This document shows, piece after piece, positions 42,550 through 51,743 of a stretch of DNA of 64,000 bases (its first letter is position 1; the number at the start of each line of letters is the position of its first letter). Below the pieces are notes generated by a model. The model saw only the letters and a list, made by a program, of their open reading frames with translations, made no database searches and was not told where the DNA came from. The stretch is from an uncultured delta proteobacterium (GTDB lineage Bacteria > Myxococcota_A > Polyangia > Polyangiales > Houyiibacteriaceae). The DNA lies in NCBI GenBank assembly GCA_963699755.1, contig CAVOVB010000002.1:224001-288000 (forward strand), written 5' to 3'. A program made the position numbers and the translations under genes.

Positions 42550-43306
42550 TTTTTCGCGAGGCGTGGCGCTGGTCGTTGGGGGGAGCGGAGGTATCGGAGG
42601 CGCGATCGCGCGTGGCTTTGCGGCTGCCGGGGTCACCCTCGCGATCACCTACCGCCGCAACAAGGGCGCGGCCGACGCGGTGGCCGAAGAGATCCGCTCC
42701 GGGGGCGGGGCATGCACGCTGCACCCCGTCGAGCTCGCTGAGCTCGACTCCGTCAAAGCCTGCCTCGAGCAGCTCGTCGAAGAACACGGTCAGATTCACA
42801 CCATCGCGCACGCTGCGGGCTCACACATCGACCAGCCCTACATCAGCCAGCTCACCCCGGAACAGTGGCGGAACACCATGGACTGGGACGTGAACGGTTT
42901 CTTTCATGTGGCGCACGCGGCTCTTCCGCATCTTCGTAGGAGCCGCGGGTCGATCGTCTTCGTCAGCTCGGCAGGCTTGAAACGATATCCGCCGGGCGAC
43001 GTGCTGTCGGTCGCGCCCAAGGCTGCGATCGAAGCTCTCATGCGTGGCATCGCGCGCGAAGAGGGGCGAAACGGCGTTCGCGCCAACAACGTTGCGGTTG
43101 GCGTGGTCGACGCGGGGATGTTCCCCAAGCTCGTCGAGCGGGGTGAGCTCAGCCGGAAATGGATCGACGCGGCCATGCGCAACACAGCGCTTCGCCGCTT
43201 CGGGACTCCCGACGAGGTCGCCGACGCAGTGGTATTCCTGGCCTCCTCCCGCGCTCGCTACATCACCGGTCAGACACTCTTCGTCGACGGGGGCTACACG
43301 TTGTAG
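42542..43306 (+). CDS. SDR family oxidoreductase (atypical, SxxxK instead of YxxxK)
   Basis: VGGSGGIG Rossmann motif; LSVAPKAAIE; YITGQTLFVDGG. Confidence 0.85.
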   Translation: MADFSRGVALVVGGSGGIGGAIARGFAAAGVTLAITYRRNKGAADAVAEEIRSGGGACTLHPVELAELDSVKACLEQLVEEHGQIHTIAHAAGSHIDQPYISQLTPEQWRNTMDWDVNGFFHVAHAALPHLRRSRGSIVFVSSAGLKRYPPGDVLSVAPKAAIEALMRGIAREEGRNGVRANNVAVGVVDAGMFPKLVERGELSRKWIDAAMRNTALRRFGTPDEVADAVVFLASSRARYITGQTLFVDGGYTL

Positions 43307-43343
43307 CGGCTGAGCCGGCCAATTAGACTGAGCATCGGGGACC

Positions 43344-43757
43344 ATGGGCCAAGTCATCTTCGACGAGAAAGACAAGCCGCTGATGCGAATGACCTACCGG
43401 GGTTTGTGCGGTGATGCCGAGTGGCGACGGCACCTCGAGGTCATGAGCGAGTGGGCGCGGCGGGGCGAGGTCTACGCGGTTGTGATCGACGCGCGCGAGG
43501 TGGGTCGGGTGCCGGCGACGCAGCGAAAGGGCATCATCGACTGGATCGACCGCGACCGGCCGGCCCTCAAAGAGAACTGCGCAGGTGGTGCCATGATTTT
43601 CAACGACGCGGTTCAGCAGGGACTCTGGACGGCGATCTCCTGGGTTGCTCCAAGCCCGATCCCCGTGAAGATGTTTGTTGACACGCCCTCGGCGGAAGCT
43701 TGGCTTAGAGAGCAGCTGCGGGAAAAATTGGCGCCCCGAGGCGAAGGTCCCCTGTGA
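43344..43757 (+). CDS. STAS/SEC14 (SpoIIAA-like) domain protein
   Basis: AVVIDAR...QRKGIIDW...PVKMF...AEAWL pattern typical of SpoIIAA-like proteins; GTGA overlap with the next gene. Confidence 0.6.
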   Translation: MGQVIFDEKDKPLMRMTYRGLCGDAEWRRHLEVMSEWARRGEVYAVVIDAREVGRVPATQRKGIIDWIDRDRPALKENCAGGAMIFNDAVQQGLWTAISWVAPSPIPVKMFVDTPSAEAWLREQLREKLAPRGEGPL

Positions 43758-45451
43758 ACGATTCGACGACATCTTCGACCAGTCGCCTCAGAGCGGTCGA
43801 AGCGCAGCTCCTCGCTCCAGGAGCGCCCTTCGAGCTTGCCCACGAAGAGGTGCTCGGCGAGCGCGTTCCGGTGTTTGCCAATCGTGCGCGCTCGCTGCGT
43901 GACGTTTTGTTGCGTGGGAGAGAGTTTGCTCAGGCAGAGTACATGGTGTTCCGCGACGGCGAACGAGAGCGACGGTATACGTTTGAACAGCACGAGAAGC
44001 TGGTAGCAAGCGCCGCGGCAGCGTTTGCGGATCGTTTCGGCGTCGGCCCCGGCGACAGGGTTGCGATCCTGGCTGCCAATTGCCCGGAGTGGATCATTTC
44101 GTTTTGGGCCGCGGTCAGCTTGGGGGCCATTTGCGTCGGCTTGAACGGATGGTGGACCGAGGACGAGATCCGGTACGCGCTGGGTAATAGCAAGCCGAAG
44201 CTGCTGATCGCGGATGGAAGGCGGGTGGCGAGAATGGCGGCCGACCCAGCTGTGCCGATGCTGGTGGCCGAAGATGGCTTCGACGAGCTGCTCGCCGAGT
44301 ATCCCAACGCCGGGCTGCCAACACAGCCAATCGCCGAAAGTGACCGGGCGATCATACTGTACACGAGCGGCACGACAGGCCGCGCCAAGGGAGTCGTTCA
44401 CACCCACGGCAACGTGACGAATATGCTCATGGTGAGCTTTTTTCACGGTGCGCGTTTGATGATGGCCAACCCAAAAGCGTCGGAGCTGCCGAAGCTCGCG
44501 AACAGCATCCTGGTGACGAGTCCGCTCTTTCACGTCTCGGGATTACACTGCGCAGCGGTGACCGGGCTGGCCGGGGGTGCCAAGACCGTCTGGCCGATGG
44601 GTCGCTTCGACCCCGAAGCCGTCCTGGGTCTCATCGAGCGCGAGAGGATCACGGGCTGGGGGTACACCGCCACAGTGCTCCACCGGCTGCTCAACCATCC
44701 GAAGGTCGGCGAGTACGATCTGAGCTCGTTCCGCTCAGTCGGCGGCGGTGGCTCACCCATCCCCGCTCCGTTGATCGAGAAGGCTCATTCCCTTTTTCCG
44801 CAGTGCAGCCACACGATGGGCGTCGGCTACGGGCTGACGGAGGGAACAGCGTTCGCAACCTTGAACGCTGGGGAAGAGCTGACGAGCGATCCGTTTTCCG
44901 TTGGTCGCCCCGTCCCAGTGGTCGCGATTGAGATTCGCGATGAGCATGGACGCGCGCTCCCCGACGGCGACGAAGGCGAGATCCATCTGAGGGGCCCCTT
45001 GGTCATGCGCGAGTACTGGGAAGACCCCGAAGCAACCCGTGCCGCCATCCGCCCAGGGCGTTGGCTCAACACGGGCGACGTCGGGCGCTTGCAGAACGGC
45101 AAGCTCTACATCGCTTCGCGCAAGCGCGACTTGATCCTGCGCGGTGGCGAGAACGTCTACCCGTTCGAGATCGAGCAGCGGCTAGAAGCGCACCCGGCCA
45201 TTGCAGAAGCAGCGGTGATCGGCATCGACCACGAGGAGCTTGGCCAAGAAGTGAAGGCCGTCGTCGTCTTCGAGCCGGGCCAAGAGCTCGATAGCGAACA
45301 AATGCGGCGATGGGTCGGCGACACGCTGGCCTACTACAAGATCCCGAGCCAATGGGAACCACGCAAAAAGCCCCTTCCCCGCAACGCGACGGGAAAGGTG
45401 CTAAAGAACTCGCTGCGCGATGCGCAGGATTCGATGTTCATCGAGGAGTGA
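43754..45451 (+). CDS. Long-chain acyl-CoA synthetase (class I adenylate-forming)
   Basis: YTSGTTGRAKG, PLFHVSG, GYGLTE, TGDVG, RGGENVY, PRNATGK. Confidence 0.9.
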   Translation: MNDSTTSSTSRLRAVEAQLLAPGAPFELAHEEVLGERVPVFANRARSLRDVLLRGREFAQAEYMVFRDGERERRYTFEQHEKLVASAAAAFADRFGVGPGDRVAILAANCPEWIISFWAAVSLGAICVGLNGWWTEDEIRYALGNSKPKLLIADGRRVARMAADPAVPMLVAEDGFDELLAEYPNAGLPTQPIAESDRAIILYTSGTTGRAKGVVHTHGNVTNMLMVSFFHGARLMMANPKASELPKLANSILVTSPLFHVSGLHCAAVTGLAGGAKTVWPMGRFDPEAVLGLIERERITGWGYTATVLHRLLNHPKVGEYDLSSFRSVGGGGSPIPAPLIEKAHSLFPQCSHTMGVGYGLTEGTAFATLNAGEELTSDPFSVGRPVPVVAIEIRDEHGRALPDGDEGEIHLRGPLVMREYWEDPEATRAAIRPGRWLNTGDVGRLQNGKLYIASRKRDLILRGGENVYPFEIEQRLEAHPAIAEAAVIGIDHEELGQEVKAVVVFEPGQELDSEQMRRWVGDTLAYYKIPSQWEPRKKPLPRNATGKVLKNSLRDAQDSMFIEE

Positions 45452-45454
45452 GTC

Positions 45455-46675
45455 ATGCCCGAAGCCGTGATCGTTTCAACCGCGCGGACCCCGATCGGCC
45501 GCGCCTTCAAGGGGTCGCTGATTGAAATGCGCCCCGACGACCTCGCCGCGATCGCGGTGAAGGCAGCTTTGGCAAAGGTTCCGAACCTCGACCCGGCCAC
45601 CGTCGAGGACTTGATGATCGGCTGCGCTCAACCCGCGGGCGAACATGGCTACAACATGGGTCGAGTCGTGAGCCTGCTAGCGGGCCTCGATTCGCCTGGC
45701 ACGACGGTCAATCGTTATTGCTCTTCGTCCTTGCAGACGATCCGCATGGCGGCTCATGCGATCAAGGCCGGTGAAGGCGATGTGTTCGTGGCCGCAGGCG
45801 TCGAGTGTGTCAGCCGCTTCGGTCTCGGCAAATCCGACGGCATGGAGAACACCAAGAACCCGAAGTTCAACGAGGCCGAGGAGCGCATGGCGAAGCTCAT
45901 GACGCCCGAGGGCGGCAACTGGGAGCCGACCGACGGTCTCGGCGATGTGTACGTCACGATGCTCCAAACCGCGGAGAACGTCGCGCAGTACATGGCCGTG
46001 TCCCGGCAAGAGCAAGACGAGTTCGCTGCCCTTTCACAACAGCGCGCCGAAGCCGCGCAGAAGTCTGGCCACTTCGCCAAAGAGATCACGCCGGTCGCGA
46101 CGCCCAGCGGTGTGGTAGTCGACACCGATGACTGCCCGCGCCACGGAACGACTGCGGAGAAGCTCGCTGGGCTCAAGCCGGTGCTCCTAGGGCAGATGGG
46201 CGAAAGGGCCACGGTGACGGCGGGCAACGCCTGTCCGCTCAACGACGGCGCCGCCGCGGTCGTCGTAATGAGCGAGACCCGCGCCAAAGCGCTCGGCATC
46301 ACGCCTCTGGCGCGCGTCGTCTCGACCGGCGTCTCCGCGCTCAACCCCGAGATCATGGGCCTAGGCCCCGTCGAAGCGACCAAGCAGGCGCTTGGGCGCG
46401 CCGGGCTGACGATGAAAGACATCGATCTAGTGGAAATCAACGAGGCCTTCGCCGCGCAGGTCATTCCCTCCGCCCGCGAGCTCGGCATTCCCATCGACAA
46501 GCTCAACGTGAACGGTGGCGCGATCGCCCTCGGCCACCCCTTCGGGCAGACCGGCGCTCGCATCATGACGACCCTGATCAACAACCTCCAGTCACGCGAC
46601 GGGCGCTACGGGGTCGAAACGATGTGCGTCGGCGGCGGTCAGGGCATGGCTGCCGTGATCGAACGGCTGGGCTGA
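45455..46675 (+). CDS. Acetyl-CoA C-acetyltransferase (thiolase)
   Basis: TVNRYCSSSLQ, TAGNACPLNDGA, NEAFA, GHPFGQTG, MCVGGGQG. Confidence 0.92.
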   Translation: MPEAVIVSTARTPIGRAFKGSLIEMRPDDLAAIAVKAALAKVPNLDPATVEDLMIGCAQPAGEHGYNMGRVVSLLAGLDSPGTTVNRYCSSSLQTIRMAAHAIKAGEGDVFVAAGVECVSRFGLGKSDGMENTKNPKFNEAEERMAKLMTPEGGNWEPTDGLGDVYVTMLQTAENVAQYMAVSRQEQDEFAALSQQRAEAAQKSGHFAKEITPVATPSGVVVDTDDCPRHGTTAEKLAGLKPVLLGQMGERATVTAGNACPLNDGAAAVVVMSETRAKALGITPLARVVSTGVSALNPEIMGLGPVEATKQALGRAGLTMKDIDLVEINEAFAAQVIPSARELGIPIDKLNVNGGAIALGHPFGQTGARIMTTLINNLQSRDGRYGVETMCVGGGQGMAAVIERLG

Positions 46676-46899
46676 GAAAAGCGAGCAAGAAGGGGACGCC
46701 AACTTCGAGCGGCTCGACAGCCAGCGCGGGTTTTGATCCCGCCCTGCAAAGCCCAGGTCGTGAGGGTTCCCTGCATCATCGTCCGTCCGGCGCGAAGTGA
46801 GCGCGTCTTCTTGCAGCTCAGCGAGATTGCGGTCTATGAGAACGGTGAGATCGTCGAAGGCCGGTCGGTCTTCAGACAAGGTGCCCGAAGGCGGGACGC

Positions 46900-47802
46900 T
46901 TGAGCAACACGCGGATCGAGATCGAAACCCCGGCTTTGTGGCGCTTGGCAGCGGCCTCCGTCGCGCTGCTCGTCCCCTTGAACTGGAGCTGGCATCTCTG
47001 GGGTCGGCAGATCCCGGGCTCGCTTGCGGTCTACGTACTGGCCGGCGGCGCCCTCTATTTCGGACTGCTTCGCTGGCTCACTGGCATCCGCTTCAAAGAG
47101 ATTTCCTACGAGGCGCGATTCGCGGTCGTCAGCTCGATGGCTCTGCTGATCCTGTTTTTGGCGTTGGGCCGCTCGAATACCTACCAACGGCTCTTCGAGC
47201 AACTCGTGCCAAAGGATGTGCGAACGCCGCTCTTCGGCTTCATGTACTTCGCGACCTGCAGCGTGCTCTTGCGCCTCGTGATTCCGTACCTCCTCGTCCG
47301 ATTCAAGCTTCGGCAGCCACCGCGGGAATATGGCTACGTCGTGCGAGGCGGAACGCGCATGCGCTGGGTCTACTTCGGGCTGTTCGTCGTGATGGTTCCA
47401 CTCGTCATCTGGGCATCGACCCTTCCCGACTTCCAGGCCAGCTACCCGCAGACCCGCGGCGTGATGAGCGGCAACGAAGTATCGATTCGGCTCTTCATCC
47501 TCTACCACGCAGCCTATTTCATGGTGTTCGTTTCGGGCGAGAGCTTGTGGCGCGGCTACATGACCTTCGGCCTCGGCCGAGACCTCGACGTCGGCGCGCT
47601 CCCGTGGATGGTCATGATGTACAGCATCGGCCACTACGGAAAACCAATCCTCGAAGTGAACGCCGCCATTGTGGCCGGCTTCGTCCTCGGCTACCTCGCC
47701 CTCCGGCACCGCTCCTTCTTCCTGGGCGCCCTCCTTCACTGGTCGATCGCCCTGAGCATGGACTTGGCAGTCCTGTGGCAACGCGGCTTGACCTGGCACT
47801 GA
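46900..47802 (+). CDS. CPBP/Abi (CAAX type II) intramembrane glutamic endopeptidase
   Basis: Multi-TM protein with GESLWRG, YSIGHYGKP, GALLHW motifs. Confidence 0.75.
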   Translation: MSNTRIEIETPALWRLAAASVALLVPLNWSWHLWGRQIPGSLAVYVLAGGALYFGLLRWLTGIRFKEISYEARFAVVSSMALLILFLALGRSNTYQRLFEQLVPKDVRTPLFGFMYFATCSVLLRLVIPYLLVRFKLRQPPREYGYVVRGGTRMRWVYFGLFVVMVPLVIWASTLPDFQASYPQTRGVMSGNEVSIRLFILYHAAYFMVFVSGESLWRGYMTFGLGRDLDVGALPWMVMMYSIGHYGKPILEVNAAIVAGFVLGYLALRHRSFFLGALLHWSIALSMDLAVLWQRGLTWH

Positions 47803-47863
47803 GGACGGGGGCGACGTGAGTACCGGAGAAGTCTACCGATCTAGGGGGTCAGCTTGCAGAAAG

Positions 47864-47877
47864 TGAAACATGTTTCA
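47864..47877. promoter_or_regulatory. KstR-type operator 4 (oxidoreductase-SDR-SDR-ACAD-fadE30-ipdF operon)
   Basis: Perfect palindrome TGAAACATGTTTCA, 12 bp upstream of GTG 47890. Flanks AAG...GTC are identical to operator 3. Confidence 0.85.
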
Positions 47878-47889
47878 GTCTAGTGGACC

Positions 47890-48912
47890 GTGGCGGAGGT
47901 CAATCGACAGATCTTGTTGAGAAGGCGGCCCGTTGGGGCGCCAACTGCGGGGGATTTCGAAGCTAGCGAGGGCCCTCTCGGACGGCCAGGGACGGGGGAG
48001 GTTCTCCTCCGGAATCTATATCTATCTATCGACCCGGCGATTCGCGGATGGATGAGTGATGCGAAGTCATATCTGCCACCGATTGGGATCGGCGAGCCGA
48101 TTCGAAGCGGGACGCTCTCCCAGATCATCGAATCCAAGGCCGAAGCTTGGCCGGTCGGACAGATCGTCCAGGCCCTGGCTGCTTGGGAGTCGTACAGCGT
48201 GGTTTCCTCTCGAATGCTTCACGGCAGGGTGAAGAGGATGGAGGGGATTCCGCTATCCGCGATGTTGAGCGTCCTCGGGGGCACAGGCCTGACCGCGTAT
48301 TTTGGCTTGCTCGAAGTCGGGAAACCCAAGGAAGGGGAGACCGTTCTGGTGTCCGCCGCGGCGGGCGGCGTGGGATCGATCGTCGGACAGATCGCAAAGG
48401 TCCAAGGCTGTCGGGCCGTAGGACTGACAGGCAGCGACGAGAAGTGCGTTTGGCTGACCGACGAGCTCGGCTACGACGCGGCGATCAACTACAAGACGAC
48501 GGACTTGCGACTTGCCCTGAAGGAAACCTGCCCCGAGGGGGTCGACGTGTTTTTCGACAGCGTGGGCGGCGAGATCCTCAACACGGTTCTGACTCGCCTC
48601 AACTACCACGGTCGTGTGGTCGTCTGCGGCGCGATCTCGCAGATCAACGAGGCAGAGCTCCCGTCCGGGCCCCGCAACTATTTGCAGCTCCTCGCCAAGA
48701 GCGCCCGGATGGAAGGATTCACGACCTTGGATTTCACCACGCGCTATGATGAGGCACGCGCGAACCTCGCGCGTTGGATTCGCGAGGGTCAGATTCAGTA
48801 TCGCGACGAGGTCGCCAAAGGGCTAGATGAGGCTCCGTTGCACTTGCTTCGACTGTTCAGCGGCGAGCATCGAGGAAAACTGATGGTCAAGTTGGCGGAC
48901 GCAGAGGGTTGA
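47890..48912 (+). CDS. NADP-dependent double-bond reductase (prostaglandin reductase/CurA-like MDR)
   Basis: YLSIDPAIRGWM, GLTAYFGLL, VSAAAGGVGSIVGQIAK, CGAISQ. Confidence 0.9.
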   Translation: MAEVNRQILLRRRPVGAPTAGDFEASEGPLGRPGTGEVLLRNLYLSIDPAIRGWMSDAKSYLPPIGIGEPIRSGTLSQIIESKAEAWPVGQIVQALAAWESYSVVSSRMLHGRVKRMEGIPLSAMLSVLGGTGLTAYFGLLEVGKPKEGETVLVSAAAGGVGSIVGQIAKVQGCRAVGLTGSDEKCVWLTDELGYDAAINYKTTDLRLALKETCPEGVDVFFDSVGGEILNTVLTRLNYHGRVVVCGAISQINEAELPSGPRNYLQLLAKSARMEGFTTLDFTTRYDEARANLARWIREGQIQYRDEVAKGLDEAPLHLLRLFSGEHRGKLMVKLADAEG

Positions 48913-48914
48913 GA

Positions 48915-49820
48915 ATGACTGGCATTTGTGATGGACGGGTGGTGATTGTGACCGGCGCAGGACGCGGCATTGGCCGTGAGCATGCGCTCGAGCTCGCGCG
49001 GCAGGGTGCGAAAGTCGTCGTCAACGACCTCGGTGTGAGCAACAGCGGCGAAGGCGGAGGTCAAGGACCGGCGGACGAAGTCGTGAAAGCGATTCGTGAT
49101 ATGGGCGGCGAGGCGGTGTCCAACGGTGCCGACGTTGCGGACTGGACACAGAGCGAGGCACTGGTGCGACAAGCGATCGACGAGTTCGGGCGCCTCGACG
49201 CGGTCGTGAACAACGCCGGCTTCGTCCGAGACCGCATGTTCGTGAGCTGCAGTGAAGAGGAATGGGATGCGATCATTCGCGTTCACCTCAAGGGGCACTT
49301 CTGCGTCGCCCGACACGCGGCGGCCTATTGGCGAGAGCAGGTCAAGGCCGGTGAGCCGGTCAACGCACGGATCATCAACACGAGCTCGGGCGCGGGAGTG
49401 CTCGGCAGCGTCGGCCAGTCGAGCTACTCCGCCGCGAAGGCGGGCATCGCGACGCTGACCCTGGTGCAGGCGGCCGAGCTCGGCCGCTACGGGATCACCG
49501 CCAACGCGATTTGCCCGATCGCGCGCACGCGAATGACCGAAGGCGCGTTCGGCGACGCGATGAAGGCGCCCGACGAAGGCTTCGACGAGAACGACCCAGC
49601 CAACGTCTCGCCGTTCATCGCCTGGCTCGCCAGCCAGGAGTCGCGCGACGTGACGGGTCGAGTCTGGGAGGTCTTCGGCGGAACAGTCACGCTCTTCGAT
49701 GGCTACCGCCGGGAGCAAACGATGAACATCGGCAAGCGATGGAACCCAGCGGAGCTCGGCCCGGCCGTGAAAGAATTGCTCTCGAAGGCGCAGCCACCTG
49801 TCAGGGTGTACGGCGCATGA
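48915..49820 (+). CDS. SDR, Rv3548c-like
   Basis: GRVVIVTGAGRGIGREHAL, VVVNDLG, NNAGFVRDRM, ARIINTSSGAG, YSAAK. Confidence 0.85.
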   Translation: MTGICDGRVVIVTGAGRGIGREHALELARQGAKVVVNDLGVSNSGEGGGQGPADEVVKAIRDMGGEAVSNGADVADWTQSEALVRQAIDEFGRLDAVVNNAGFVRDRMFVSCSEEEWDAIIRVHLKGHFCVARHAAAYWREQVKAGEPVNARIINTSSGAGVLGSVGQSSYSAAKAGIATLTLVQAAELGRYGITANAICPIARTRMTEGAFGDAMKAPDEGFDENDPANVSPFIAWLASQESRDVTGRVWEVFGGTVTLFDGYRREQTMNIGKRWNPAELGPAVKELLSKAQPPVRVYGA

Positions 49821-50599
49821 GCGAGCCCCTCGACTTCAGCGGCCGGGCTGTACTGATCACCGGCGGAAGCCGTGGGATCGGCCGAGGTATCGCCGAAGCA
49901 TTCCTCGCGGCTGGAGCCGATGTCGCCGTATGCGGCCGCAAAGAGCCCGACGAGCTGCCGAACGCAGGCGGCAAGCGCGCGATCTTCGTCAGCGCCGACG
50001 TTCGGGATGCGGAGCAGGTCGAGAAGATGGTGAACCAAGTGGTCGGGCTCTTGGGGCGACTCGACGTGCTGGTGAACAATGCCGGTGGCGCCCCCTTTGC
50101 GGAGGCAGCGACTGCCTCTCCACGCTTTTCGGAGAAGATCATTCAGCTGAACCTGACAGCGGCGCTTCATTGTGCGCAGCAGGCAAACCGCGTGATGCAG
50201 GGCCAGGACTCCGGCGGCTCGATCATCAATATCGCCAGCGTGTCCGGGGTGCGCCCTTCCCCCGGCACCGCGGCCTACGGCGCCGCAAAGGCGGGGCTCA
50301 TCAACCTGACTGCCACCCTCGCCATCGAGTGGGCTCCCAAAGTGCGCGTCAATTCCATCGCAGCGGGCTTGATTCGTACCGAGCAAGCCCATCTACATTA
50401 CGGCGACGAAGAAGGCATTGCCCGCGTGGCGGCGACGGTCCCGCTACAGCGCCTCGGCACGCCCGCCGACATCGCGGGAGCGTGCATGTTCTTCGCGTCT
50501 CGACTCTCGTCCTACGTGAGCGGCGCCAACCTAGTTCTGCACGGCGGCGGACAAACCCCTGCGTTCCTCTCTGCCGCTAGTGTCAACCAAGGAGACTGA
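49817..50599 (+). CDS. SDR, Rv3549c-like
   Basis: TGGSRGIG, NNAGGAP, RPSPGTAAYGAAKAG, LAIEWAPKVRVN; ATGA-coupled. Confidence 0.85.
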   Translation: MSEPLDFSGRAVLITGGSRGIGRGIAEAFLAAGADVAVCGRKEPDELPNAGGKRAIFVSADVRDAEQVEKMVNQVVGLLGRLDVLVNNAGGAPFAEAATASPRFSEKIIQLNLTAALHCAQQANRVMQGQDSGGSIINIASVSGVRPSPGTAAYGAAKAGLINLTATLAIEWAPKVRVNSIAAGLIRTEQAHLHYGDEEGIARVAATVPLQRLGTPADIAGACMFFASRLSSYVSGANLVLHGGGQTPAFLSAASVNQGD

Positions 50600-50603
50600 G
50601 CGA

Positions 50604-51743
50604 ATGGAGTTTTCGTTCTCGGAAGATCAGCATGAGCTTAGAAGAGCCGCACGCCGGTTCCTGGAAGTCCAGTCATCTGAGGAGCGCGTTCGGAGTGCCA
50701 TGGAAACCGAACGAGGCTACGACCCGGCGACCTGGGAGCAGCTATCCGAAGAGCTCGCATGGACGGCGCTGACCATCCCGGAAGCGTACGGGGGCCTCGG
50801 CATGAGCTACCTCGAGCTGCATCCCCTGATGGAGGAGATGGGTCGCGCGCTGCTCTGCTCGCCGTTCTTCTCGACGATTTGTTTGGGCGCCAACGCCCTT
50901 CTTCTCGCTGGTAGCGAAGGCCAGAAGCAGCGCTACCTCCCCGAGATCGCAGCCGGCACTACGAAGCCAACGCTGGCGTACGCCGAGAAGAACAATCGGA
51001 TGGATGCGCTCGGCGTAGAAGCGACCTACTCGCGGAGCGGATCTGGCTACGCCTTGCGTGGCGAGAAGCGCTACGTCCTCGATGGACACACGGCCGAGCT
51101 CTTGGTCGTCGCGGCACGCTCCGAAGGCAGCACCGGCGCCGAGGGGGTCAGCTTGTTCCTCGTCTCGGGCGACGCGCAGGGCCTCGAGCGCCGCTGGCTC
51201 CCAACGATGGACCAGACTCGACGCCTGGCATCTGTGGTGCTCGCTGACGTGGCCATTTCGGACGACGCCCTGCTCGGCGAAGAAGGCAGGGGTTGGGAGC
51301 TCTGTGAAAGGACACTGGATCTGGCGCGGATCGCTCTCGCGGCAGAGCAAGTGGGCGCTGCAGAAATGTGCCTCGAAATGTCGGTCGAATACGCGAAGGT
51401 GCGTAAGCAGTTCGGCCGGCCGATCGGTTCGTTTCAGTCGATCAAGCACAAGTGCGCCGACATGCTGATGATGGTCGAGTCGGCACGCTCCGCGGCCTTC
51501 TACGCCAGCGCGCTGGCGGCGCAGGGTGACGACGGGCTTAGCGAAGCAGCCTCGAGCGCCAAAGCATATTGCTCGGACACCTTCTTCCACTGTGCTGCCG
51601 AGAACATCCAGATTCACGGAGGCATCGGGTTCACCTGGGAGCATGCGGCCCATCTGTACTTCAAGCGCGCCAAGTCGAGCGAGACGCTTCTTGGCGACCC
51701 GTCCTTTCACCGCGAGCGAGTCGCACGATGCATGGGTTTGTGA
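50604..51743 (+). CDS. Acyl-CoA dehydrogenase partner subunit (IpdE2/FadE33-like by context)
   Basis: RKQFGRPIGSFQSIKH, IQIHGGIGFTWEH; TGATG-coupled to the fadE30-like gene. Confidence 0.82.
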   Translation: MEFSFSEDQHELRRAARRFLEVQSSEERVRSAMETERGYDPATWEQLSEELAWTALTIPEAYGGLGMSYLELHPLMEEMGRALLCSPFFSTICLGANALLLAGSEGQKQRYLPEIAAGTTKPTLAYAEKNNRMDALGVEATYSRSGSGYALRGEKRYVLDGHTAELLVVAARSEGSTGAEGVSLFLVSGDAQGLERRWLPTMDQTRRLASVVLADVAISDDALLGEEGRGWELCERTLDLARIALAAEQVGAAEMCLEMSVEYAKVRKQFGRPIGSFQSIKHKCADMLMMVESARSAAFYASALAAQGDDGLSEAASSAKAYCSDTFFHCAAENIQIHGGIGFTWEHAAHLYFKRAKSSETLLGDPSFHRERVARCMGL

